Assembly (NCBI RefSeq): GCF_001194135.2 | Contig: NC_068983.1 | Location: 122,154,277-122,197,881, forward strand | Source of the DNA: Octopus bimaculoides | Lineage: Eukaryota | Reading direction: 5' to 3' | Length of the DNA: 43,605 nucleotides | Part shown: positions 33,788-43,605 of the stretch, piece by piece | How the letters are laid out: each line of letters begins with the position of its first letter | Numbering within the stretch: position 1 is the stretch's first letter | Position numbers and translations under genes: made by a program | Notes under the pieces: generated by a model | What the model was told of the DNA's origin: nothing | The model's database searches: none | The model's input: the letters and a program-made list of their open reading frames with translations, nothing else

Positions 33788-34066
33788 GTTTTAGTCACAA
33801 GGGAGATAACTGTGGTTGAAAAATTATTCATATAGGCAAATGGTGGGTACAGATTTCCAATGACAATGCCAGTTTAAAGAAAAAAGGAGTCACAAATAGT
33901 AATTCTAACAGTTTTAGTGGAAGTTCTATACCCCCAAGTTCCCCAAATATTTTATTCAATAAATAATGAACATCGTTGGTCTGCTTAGTATCTCTGAAAT
34001 CAACTGACCTAACCACATCTCTCTCACTCTTAATTTTTTTGTTTTGTTATATACTAGGCTTCTTTC

Positions 34067-34470
34067 AGGAAAAACTTCCTTTTGTACCTTCCACCACCAT
34101 AAAAGTTTTTTATATTTAAATTAGACATGGTGGAAAATTGATTTCATACCATGTCTTATAATAATAACGATGATGAGAAAGTCATAAAAATTAAGAATTT
34201 CAATTAAAAAAAACTTAATTTCTGTATTATGTATATTCACGGCCCAAGGTTTGGCAAATTTCATATAGTTAGACAACTCAGGCCTAAACGTTAGGCAAAT
34301 TGGGACATGAATACACATAATACAGAAATGAAGTTTTTTTTAATAGAAATTCTTAATTTTTATGACTTCCTCACCATTATTATTATAAGACACAGTAGGA
34401 AATCAATTTTCCACCATGTCTAATATTTTTCAAAAACTTTTACGGTGTGATACAAAAGGAAGTCGTTCCT
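34067..34470. mobile_element. 404 bp long-TIR palindromic MITE upstream of MRPL53
   Basis: Arms ~34067-34239 and 34308-34470 are reverse complements; TCTTTC occurs on both flanks. Confidence 0.85.
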
Positions 34471-34694
34471 TCTTTCAATCTAGCTTCCATACCCATTTTT
34501 TGTAACTTAGTTTTATAGCCAATTTTTTTCTTGTACCATTAACTAACGTCTAATAATAAATTATTCCCCTTTAGCTATTCCATCATTCTTCTTCCTCGTC
34601 TCTTTCCTTGTCATTATAATTTTCACTGTAACCCCTCCTTTACTCTTCTTATCTTTCTAAGCTTGTGGAACTTATATATATATATATATATATA

Positions 34695-34828
34695 TACAAA
34701 CCGAGATAAATACTTAACTAAGAATAAACCAATATACATGGCATTTGTTGATCTAAAGAAAGCATTTGCTAGAGTACCCACTGTGTGATATGGTGGGCTC
34801 TGAGGAGGCTAGGGATTGATAAGTAAAC
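34695..34828 (+). mobile_element. RTE reverse-transcriptase fragment
   Basis: KYLTKNKPIYMAFVDLKKAFARVP..WWALRRLGI. Confidence 0.8.
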
Positions 34829-34829
34829 A

Positions 34830-36085
34830 GACACGTCATTAGAATTTATTTAAATTTGAAATTATACATTCAAGTTGTTTATTAATTATTATAATGTGAA
34901 TATTAATTATTTTAATGCAAGGACCCTATTGGGCATGCTAATGATCAGATGACAAATATTCTCATGAGGAATTTCTTGCCAATTTTCATGCAGTAATCTC
35001 AAAAGATCTGGCTTTGAAGACGCTTTCTTGTTCTTTTTATGAAGTGTCCTGTCCATTATGCCCCAGAGGTGTTCAATAGGGTTCGTATCTAGTGACTGGC
35101 TTGGCCATGGAAGCTTTTTAATGCCATTCTCTTCCAACCAATCTTTTAAACTCTGTGACAAGGAGCCCCATCTTCCATAAATAGAGAGCCTTCTTTAATC
35201 ATTTCACCTCTGGAGTATGGACACATATGCAAGCTGATGTGGACTCCTTCCCCTCTCTGGTGCATTGCACAATTACTGTATTAACTGAAAGCAGGATCAC
35301 AAGGTTTTCTGCAATTTTACGCTAAGTCCACCCTTCTGCAATATGGACATATGTATTTATATGAGTTTATACTTCCCTCACACTCTACCAGCTCTGATAG
35401 ACCATTGCTCCAAATTGCTCCCCAGACCATCACAGACTATCCATTGTGTTTCATTGTTGGCTGCAATCTTTTCACATCAAATTCTTGATCACAGAGTCTT
35501 CAGACCCACACTTAACCACTGTCAGAAAATACAGCAAATCTGGGCTCATCAGAGAATATGACAGTGTCCCAAAATGCTAGTGGTCTCTCCACCATCTCAC
35601 TGGCCCAAACTTTTCTCCACTTGATATTGGCTGGTCGAAGAAGTGACTTCCTTCTTGTTGCTCTACCATAGTAGCCAAGTTTGTGGAGATATCTGACAGC
35701 TGTTCTGGAACTGACATCAACTTGTTCTGCTATGTCAGAGGCCTTGCAACAAGGATTATCCTGCATACTTCTCTTAACAAAGCAAAGGGCCCCGGTAAAC
35801 CTGTGCAAGGTGATGTGGGCTCCTTCTCCTCTCTGGTGCATTGTACAATTATTCTATTAACTGAAAACGGGATCCCAAGGTTTTCTGCAATTTTACGCCA
35901 AGTCCACCTTCAGATTGACCCGCAATACAGCCTCTTTGAAATTCGGACAGTTCTCTTGCTTCTTTTGTATGTGGCATGATTAAACAGTCACGTACAGAAC
36001 CTGAAACATAAAAATAGCAATTAAAAAATATATATATAAACCTTTTCAAGTTAAAATAAACATAAAACGATGTAAAAAATAGCAT
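34830..36085 (-). mobile_element. Rearranged Tc1-like transposon (two partial copies or an internal duplication)
   Basis: MPHTKEARELSEFQRG; ..RYLHKLGYYGR..WDTVIFSDE; WPSQSLDTNPIEHLW; 35250-35340 repeated at 35825-35915. Confidence 0.85.
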
Positions 36086-37424
36086 TTGATATGAAATTAA
36101 TGAAACCCAACAAAATCTAAAAACTCAACTTAAAATATTATCTATAGCTTCTTCATGATCTGCTGGAGTAGCTTTCTTCCATATATATTTATGCACCATG
36201 CAGTTAAAGAGAAGTAATTACTAAAATTAATCATTACTCATTTTGCCCCAATTTAGATTTTTTTTTTTTTTAAACTTGAAGATTATCAAATTAGATATTA
36301 ATTTGGAAAAAAATTGATGTGGAATCAAACAGAGAAAAGAATACTGATGGTTAAAGACCAAAAATTTTCCAGATATTTTATTAGCAACCTCAATTACAAT
36401 CTGGTCAAATTTCTTGAAAAATTTCTTGAAAAAAAAATTACCAGTCACCTATGTTTCAAACTCTCAACTTCAACAACAACTAGGTAAGCTATACTAACCA
36501 ATTTTTACTCCCAAAGATGATGCAATGGTACAAAATGGGGATGCAATAATTGCAATTTAATGGTTTCAAACAGGTAGGAAGAAAATAAGAAAAGAAATCA
36601 GAAATGATTTATTTTGACTCAGTTACCAATTTTGCCCCACTTCCATATACAAATTTCAAGTGTTTGCCAGAAAGACGAAAAATATAGGAAAAAAATAAGA
36701 AAGAAAAAAAGTTTGATTTAATGAAAAACATTTGAATATATATGCAATAATACTAAAACCAAACATGAAAGCTTTTAGCTGTTGAGAAATGTAATTTTAT
36801 AATAAAAACTAAATTCAAAATATAAATTTTGGAACATTTCTTTACTTGTTTCATAAAATAAGACCAGTTCTCAATGCTTCATTGAAATAAGTTTGGAAGC
36901 AGAAATGTGTGTGTGTGCCTTTAACTGTTATCGGTCAAGCCAAGGTCATTACTCAATGATGCATTGAAAGAAGGAGAGACAATAACTTTTTTCTCTCAAT
37001 CTCTTTATCTGTAACATTTACACATTCATACTTAGGCACACACATACATACGTACGTACATGTGTACATACATACCTTTTCAGGAGTTTTCCATTTCTCT
37101 GTTGTTGTCCCAAAAGCAGCAACAATTCTCAGTGGCAAAATCTATGGTTATTTATCATAAAAGAGGACCCATTACATTTTATTAAGTTAAGTCAAGATAT
37201 CTTTATATATTGAAAGAGAGCCTCTTCATGCCTAATTACTGGAATGTGGAGGCATCCCTGTAGTGCTACATGCCCTTCATAGCAGGGGTCTTCCAGTCTT
37301 AATAGATGCCTGGGGCAATTGCCCCCTCCACACCCCTATAAACCTGGCCCCGAAGGTATGCATGTGTGTGTTATGGGCATGAACACCAACAGCAACAGTA
37401 ATATAAACAATAATATAGAACAAG

Positions 37425-37495
37425 TGGAAGGCATGAATATTTCACAGAATTACTGGTAAACTTATGGTTATTTCTGAAAACTTTATCCAAAAGAC
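37425..37495 (-). mobile_element. Penelope-like remnant
   Basis: LLDKVFRNNHKFTSNSVKYSCLP resembles the Penelope linker LxDKHF..HK..N.VK.SYSC.P. Confidence 0.45.
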
Positions 37496-37799
37496 CTGAA
37501 AGCATAACCTGTGTTGTGTCTGTATCAAAAGATAGTTGCTCATCTGCTAATCATTGAAAAGTGAAGGAAACTGGAATACAATGATTACTTAATGCACTTT
37601 ATATATACACTTTACATACTTTATGCACAATTTTTTAGACTTAATACACAACACTCTCGCTCTTTCTCTTTCACTCTTTGCTTTACCCTCTTTTTCTCTC
37701 TCCTTTTTCTTTCAATCTTCGTCTTTCTCCTTAACTAATCTCAATTATGTGCTATACATAATCGTGCAGTGGATTGGTCTGGTGAGCTAGGAGGCCACG

Positions 37800-38113
37800 T
37801 GTCTGGAAGAAGATGATCATAGAGATTGGGTTGTCCTATATGTGGGTAGTGGTTGAGAAAGATTCTACCACTCTACCAGCAACATCAAGGCCAAGATCAA
37901 GGAGGTGTTCAAAGATCCCAGGAATACATGTTCTGAGTTCTAAAGCTGCCTTGAGGCCATAGTGGAAACTGAGGGCAGATACTTTCAGCGAAATATTATC
38001 TCCTATCCATAATCTAGTAGATATATTTTCATTTTTAAAATAATTTAAATTTTGGATAGGATACTATGTTTTCTTTCCTTTTTATACAAACTGTCAAATG
38101 TTGTCCGAACACC
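37800..38113 (+). mobile_element. Tc1/mariner 3' fragment
   Basis: Decayed ..IKAKIKEVFKD..CLEAIVETEGRYF; terminus CAAATGTTGTCCGAACACCC then TA repeats. Confidence 0.6.
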
Positions 38114-38114
38114 C

Positions 38115-38330
38115 ATATATATATATATGTAATGAAGGCATGCAGTTCTTGAAATGACTGTGTAACAATAATATGTATCAAAGCATTGAATAAATGAATG
38201 AAGAAGAACAATATTAATTGCTTGTTAAGAAGGACATTTTAGTCATATAATTATTATGATGGTTAGTACAATATGAAAAATACAACTGCTTCAAGTTGTT
38301 TGTATACACAACTTGTTTGTTGTTGCAGTA
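38115..38330 (+). repeat. 216 bp exact duplicate of 39103-39318 across a gap (probable assembly overlap)
   Basis: Identical by eye, offset 988 bp; the first copy stops at the gap. Confidence 0.9.
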
Positions 38331-38799
38331 NNNNNNNNNNNNNNNNNNNNNNNNNNNNNNNNNNNNNNNNNNNNNNNNNNNNNNNNNNNNNNNNNNNNNN
38401 NNNNNNNNNNNNNNNNNNNNNNNNNNNNNNNNNNNNNNNNNNNNNNNNNNNNNNNNNNNNNNNNNNNNNNNNNNNNNNNNNNNNNNNNNNNNNNNNNNNN
38501 NNNNNNNNNNNNNNNNNNNNNNNNNNNNNNNNNNNNNNNNNNNNNNNNNNNNNNNNNNNNNNNNNNNNNNNNNNNNNNNNNNNNNNNNNNNNNNNNNNNN
38601 NNNNNNNNNNNNNNNNNNNNNNNNNNNNNNNNNNNNNNNNNNNNNNNNNNNNNNNNNNNNNNNNNNNNNNNNNNNNNNNNNNNNNNNNNNNNNNNNNNNN
38701 NNNNNNNNNNNNNNNNNNNNNNNNNNNNNNNNNNNNNNNNNNNNNNNNNNNNNNNNNNNNNNNNNNNNNNNNNNNNNNNNNNNNNNNNNNNNNNNNNNN
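38331..38799. other. Assembly gap (N)
   Basis: N run. Confidence 1.
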
Positions 38800-39072
38800 A
38801 GATCGTTGCCAGTGCCCCTGGACTGGCTCTTGTGCGGGTGGCACATAAAAGACACCATTTCGAGCGTGGCCGTTTTCGTGCGGGTGACACGTAAAAGCAC
38901 CCACTACACTCTCTGAGTGGTTGGCGTTAGGAAGGGCATCCAGCTGTAGAAACTCTGCCAAATTAGATTGGAGCCTGGTGTAGCCATCCGGTTGCACCAG
39001 TCCTCAGTCAAATCGTCCAACCCATGCTAGCATGGAAAGCGGACGTTAAACGATGATGATGATGATGATGAT
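38800..39072 (+). mobile_element. Young RTE-type SINE/LINE 3' end with long (GAT)n tail
   Basis: CpGs intact; near-identical to 23003-23180 and 40070-40301. Confidence 0.88.
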
Positions 39073-39774
39073 ATATATATATATATACATACACACACAC
39101 ACATATATATATATATGTAATGAAGGCATGCAGTTCTTGAAATGACTGTGTAACAATAATATGTATCAAAGCATTGAATAAATGAATGAAGAAGAACAAT
39201 ATTAATTGCTTGTTAAGAAGGACATTTTAGTCATATAATTATTATGATGGTTAGTACAATATGAAAAATACAACTGCTTCAAGTTGTTTGTATACACAAC
39301 TTGTTTGTTGTTGCAGTAAACAAAATGAGTGACTGTGTGCTTTAGCTTTAGTTTCACTGTCCATTGTATAAATAGTAGATTCATTCATGAGTAACTATTA
39401 GAGAGAGAGACAGGGTAATGAAATCAATGCTGATAGAAACAGTAAGGTTTGTGTTGTTCCTTGTATAAAGGTGTTGCTTCTCCATTGGAGCTGGACAAAA
39501 GAAAGAAAGATAGATGCTCTCTGATGAGAAGGAACTGGCTTTTGGCTGTGTATTTGTATCATTCATAACTAAATTAAGTCACACTAAATTCAGGATTTTT
39601 CCTCTGTATGACTCATGGAAGATCAAGAAGTCAGCTTATTCTCATAAATCTCTTAGTGCCATAGGTGAGAACAATAGGCCGATGACTTGTAGAAAAATTT
39701 GGATTTGGTTTTAAATCCTAGCTTAGAAATTTAGTAGCTATTTGCTACCTATCTATACACACACATACATTGTG

Positions 39775-40040
39775 AGGGTGCATGGCTTAATGGTTAGGGT
39801 GGTGCACTCATGATTGTGAAGTCGAGGTTTTGATTCTTAGACTAGGTATTGCATTGTGTTCTTGAGCAAAACATTTCATTTCACATTGCTCTGTGATCAT
39901 TGTGTCATCTGACATGTGGCATATCATGCACCTGCACAGATAATGTCAATTTGATGGAGGGAGTGAGCTTATGTGAAGACAAACACTATAAGCGAATCAA
40001 CTGTGTGGTTGTTCAGCAAGAAATTTGCAGAACCTTCATA
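39775..40040 (+). mobile_element. Diverged tRNA-derived SINE
   Basis: TGGCTTAATGGTTAGGG..TTGAGCAAAACATTTCATTTCAC head as at 15522. Confidence 0.6.
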
Positions 40041-40069
40041 TGTTGTCAAGAGAGTTCATGATATATATA

Positions 40070-40795
40070 TATATCATCATCATCATCATCATCATCGTTT
40101 AACGTCTGCTTTCCATGCTAGCATGGGTTGGACGATTTGACTGAGGACTGGTGAAACCGGATGGCAACACCAGGCTCCAGTCTAATTTGGCAGAGTTTCT
40201 ACAGCTGGATGCCCTTCCTAACGCCAACCACTCAGAGAGTGTAGTGGGTGCTTTTATGTGTCACCCGCACGAAAACGGCCACGCTCGAAATGGTGTCTTT
40301 TNNNNNNNNNNNNNNNNNNNNNNNNNNNNNNNNNNNNNNNNNNNNNNNNNNNNNNNNNNNNNNNNNNNNNNNNNNNNNNNNNNNNNNNNNNNNNNNNNNN
40401 NNNNNNNNNNNNNNNNNNNNNNNNNNNNNNNNNNNNNNNNNNNNNNNNNNNNNNNNNNNNNNNNNNNNNNNNNNNNNNNNNNNNNNNNNNNNNNNNNNNN
40501 NNNNNNNNNNNNNNNNNNNNNNTTCCAAAGGTCTCAGTCAGTAGTCATCGCCTCGGTGAGGCGCAATGTACGAAGGTCTTGCCTCACCACCTCAGCCCAG
40601 GTCTTCCTGGGCCTACCTCTTCCACGGGTTCCCTCAACTGTCAGGGTGTGGCACTTTTTCACGCAGCTATCCTCATCCACTCTCACCACATGTCCATACC
40701 AGCGCAATCATCTCTCTTGCACACCACAACTGATGCTTCTAATGTTCAGCTTTTCTCTCAAGATACTTACACTCTGACGGGTATTCACATTGACA
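40070..40795 (-). mobile_element. 5'-truncated RTE LINE spanning gap 40302-40522
   Basis: 40523-40795 reverse complement encodes the RTE C-terminus (..WYGHVVRVDEDSCVKKC..GRGRPRKTWAEVV); tail at 40070-40301. Confidence 0.85.
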
Positions 40796-40796
40796 T

Positions 40797-41310
40797 TCTG
40801 GACTGTTGCCACAGTAATGAAGCTAAAGCAGTTTTGGCACAAACTTGGCAGACATGCGTCTCATACCCAAATCTTCAGTGATAATGGACTGAACTGAACC
40901 ATAACTAATCTGTACATCCTCTGATAACTCATGGATGGTGATTCGATGGTATTTGTCTCAGTTACGCTGGTTGTGGGTTTCCAAGAACATTTTTTCAGCC
41001 ATCTCGGAAATGTCTGAACCACTCGTCCACCTGTATGTGGTTCATACACTTTCTGCAACTTTGTGCAGGCCTCTGAGCAGGTATTGCCATGACAACTTTC
41101 TCTGCCATAGTCAATGTGACCATCACACGCTACACACCTTCCTTACAAGCACTGCTGTAAACGGCAGAAGTGAGCTAGAATGTTAAAACTTAGTGTGCAT
41201 GCATAGCAAAGTTCAAAGTCAATCTATGCCAAGCAACTTCACTCTGTGTGCTTTAGCTTTGTTATTATGGCAACAGTCCGGATACTTATTGATCAAATAT
41301 ACAGAAAAAA
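40797..41310 (-). mobile_element. Internally deleted mariner with inverted ends
   Basis: GGACTGTTGCCACAGTAATGAAGCTAAAGCA / TGCTTTAGCTTTGTTATTATGGCAACAGTCC; EWFRHFRDG..ITIHELSEDVQISYGSVQSIITEDLGMRRMSAKFVPKLL. Confidence 0.8.
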
Positions 41311-43324
41311 AAAAAAATTCAAAAGACCGAGATAGGTGAGAGAACAAGAAGCAAGGCGTATTTATTTGACATTTTGGAAAACTAGAAAAATCTTTGAGCC
41401 TACACTCTTCAACTAAAAGATTGGGGAAAAAAACTGGAGAGAAAAAAAAAACCCCGTCGGGATTAATGGTGAGTGACAAAAGCAGTATTAGTTCAAAATA
41501 ACAATATGTGTATTATATTTAAAGTATTTACATTCTTGAAAGCCTGATAAGTTTCTTGTAGATGTATAGTGTTAACACAGAAATTATACCAGTAACAGAC
41601 AAAAACCGTCCAGCAGCAGAAGTAGCATTGCTAAATACGTATTTTTGCCACTTTAGACTTGGAAAGTAGTTTCAAAATTAGCCCATACTGATATAGTACA
41701 ACAGTGATTAAAAAACCACTGATGTTGTTAACCTGTAGGCTGAATTAAAGTTCGTCAGGAGTGGACAGAAAGAGTATTAGTTTAAAATAAGTTAGTGTAT
41801 CACACTCGGGATTTTGTCTTAGTATGCGGATGCCAGTAGATACGAAGCAGAAATATATATATTTAGCAATCAATGCTACCACCGCTGTGAGACAATTTTC
41901 GTCTGCTACTGATATATTTCTGTGTTTTTTTTTTTAAAGCCCTATACGTCTATAAGAATTGCTATCTCGAACAATGTATCACACACACGTGGCTAGTCGT
42001 TTGCTTAAAGGAATCATGCCAAGCTAACGAGTTGTAGCTGATCCTTGGGACATGTTATAGGTTTAAAATAACACCAGGCTGTTATTCAGCCACATGTTAG
42101 AAACCTGAGTGACCAGACGTATTATCGAAGGTATTCCAACCATGGACATCCCGTCTATTCGTTTATCTTGAATGACTATTGCGTTAATTTTTTTTTAAAG
42201 AGATTTGTCTGCTATTATGTAGAATAGTAGTTTTTAATGTTTTTGACGTCGTGGTATAAAGGACTTCAAATGAAAAATTTTCTGATTTACTTGACGTCGG
42301 AAGCTTCAAAAGATGTATTCAAATGAAAAATAAGAAAAAAAAAAACTCTGAAAATTATTGATTCCGGAGTTTCAAATAACTGAACTTATGAATAGCATAT
42401 ATTTTAATAAGCCCGAAACTATATTTTTTAAAAAATTCCGCACTTTACGTAAATACTACTTATAATGCAGAAGCGAATTGCGGTGCACTAATTGAGAACG
42501 ACTGGAGTGGAGGTTCTCTCGTTATCTCGATTAACATTATACTCAGGGAAGTGTGGAGAACTGTCAAAACACACAAAAACAACACCAGTAAATTTAGCAT
42601 GTGCGACTTGAAATAAAATTGAATCCTGTCTTCTCACATCTCTTATTTTGCAGTTTATTTATATAAAAAAATTAATGAACACCCCCACCCCACCCCACCT
42701 CGGATGTTAATAAAAGGGTTAAAGCCTGTAGAAAATAAGGATTTCCAATGTTGAATTTGAAGAATTGAAGAACGAGAACTTACGTGAAGGCTTACGAAAG
42801 TTTACGAGATGTTGTGCAATGGAGGCTGTATCTAGTTTCCGGGAAGGATACTATCGTTTGTTTCTTACTGGATTTACATGAAGAAGAGAAAAACAAGACA
42901 AGTTTAATAAAACAGCCTTCGGATCAGATGTCAAACATAAACTGGGAGTTAGAGATTGAATACAAACATCATAATGTCCAGGTAAAAAGATGACTCGTTT
43001 CATGTATCAGTTGCCCTTTAAAAACTATATATATATGTTCACCTTACGTTATTTCCAATATGGCGAGCACTCTCGCTCTCTTAATCATTTCCTAGGGCCT
43101 ATTAAATTGTTTTAGTGAGCAATATTTAATTCGGTTTATTTATATACATTTAGGAGAACCTATTTCACTCCACGCTGTTTGCATTCCCTGGGCGTCAGCG
43201 AAAGGAAATATTTTTCTCGCCATCGCAATTCTTCAAATCAACTGTGTTATAATTATACATGTTATTTAGATTTCTCTTTCCGCTATCTTTGTTCGAATAT
43301 TCACATAAATACATGTCTGTGTAT

Positions 43325-43506
43325 ATTAAGTATATATATGTAGGTATGTATGTATATGTATATATATGTATGTATATATATATGTTTGTATATATATATA
43401 TATATGCATGTATATATATATGTATATATATACATGTATATATATACATGTATATATATATACATGTATATATATACATGTATATATATATATGCATGTA
43501 TACATT

Positions 43507-43538
<32 letters not shown>

Positions 43539-43540
43539 TG

Positions 43541-43605
<65 letters not shown>
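43325..43605. repeat. (TA)n/TATG microsatellite to window end
   Basis: Direct reading. Confidence 0.95.

Noticed and set aside
33828-34016. 62 aa ORF upstream of MRPL53
   Set aside because: Non-ATG start in the track, no recognisable similarity, and it lies in the presumptive promoter.
37425-37495. Host exon (good gctttcag acceptor on -)
   Set aside because: No donor, and the peptide is better explained as a Penelope-like remnant.

Overview
AT-rich, repeat-dense animal genomic DNA with four N-gaps. The SINE/LINE repertoire looks like octopus (coleoid cephalopod); that is an inference from remembered repeat families, not a database search. Three spliced host genes can be rebuilt by hand with canonical GT-AG sites and consistent phases: (1) the last two exons of ORC2 on + (2115-2233, 4685-4768); (2) a complete KGD4/MRPS36 gene on - (15154-15125, 11223-11172, 9080-8920, 7162-7145; 86 aa), convergent with ORC2; (3) a complete MRPL53 gene on - (33787-33663, 31204-31092, 30243-30104; 125 aa). 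The supplied ORF track catches only fragments of these. The rest is mostly decayed, nested transposons: mariner, Tc1, Chapaev3-like, piggyBac and hAT MITEs, RTE, CR1/L2 and HERO-like LINEs, Gypsy gag and LTR pieces, SINEs and microsatellites. No autonomous element, CRISPR array, rRNA or tRNA gene was found. The oddest structures are a duplicated pair of exon-like cassettes antisense inside KGD4 intron 3, a degenerate tandem array built from an LTR-end/tRNA-Trp primer-binding-site junction, a 1.1 kb modular foldback, a re-iterated Chapaev terminus beside MRPL53 exon 1, and a probable heterozygous SINE insertion caught across a gap. I cannot confirm a new biological system from sequence alone. 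Repeat boundaries are approximate (about +/-20 bp) unless TIRs or TSDs are quoted.
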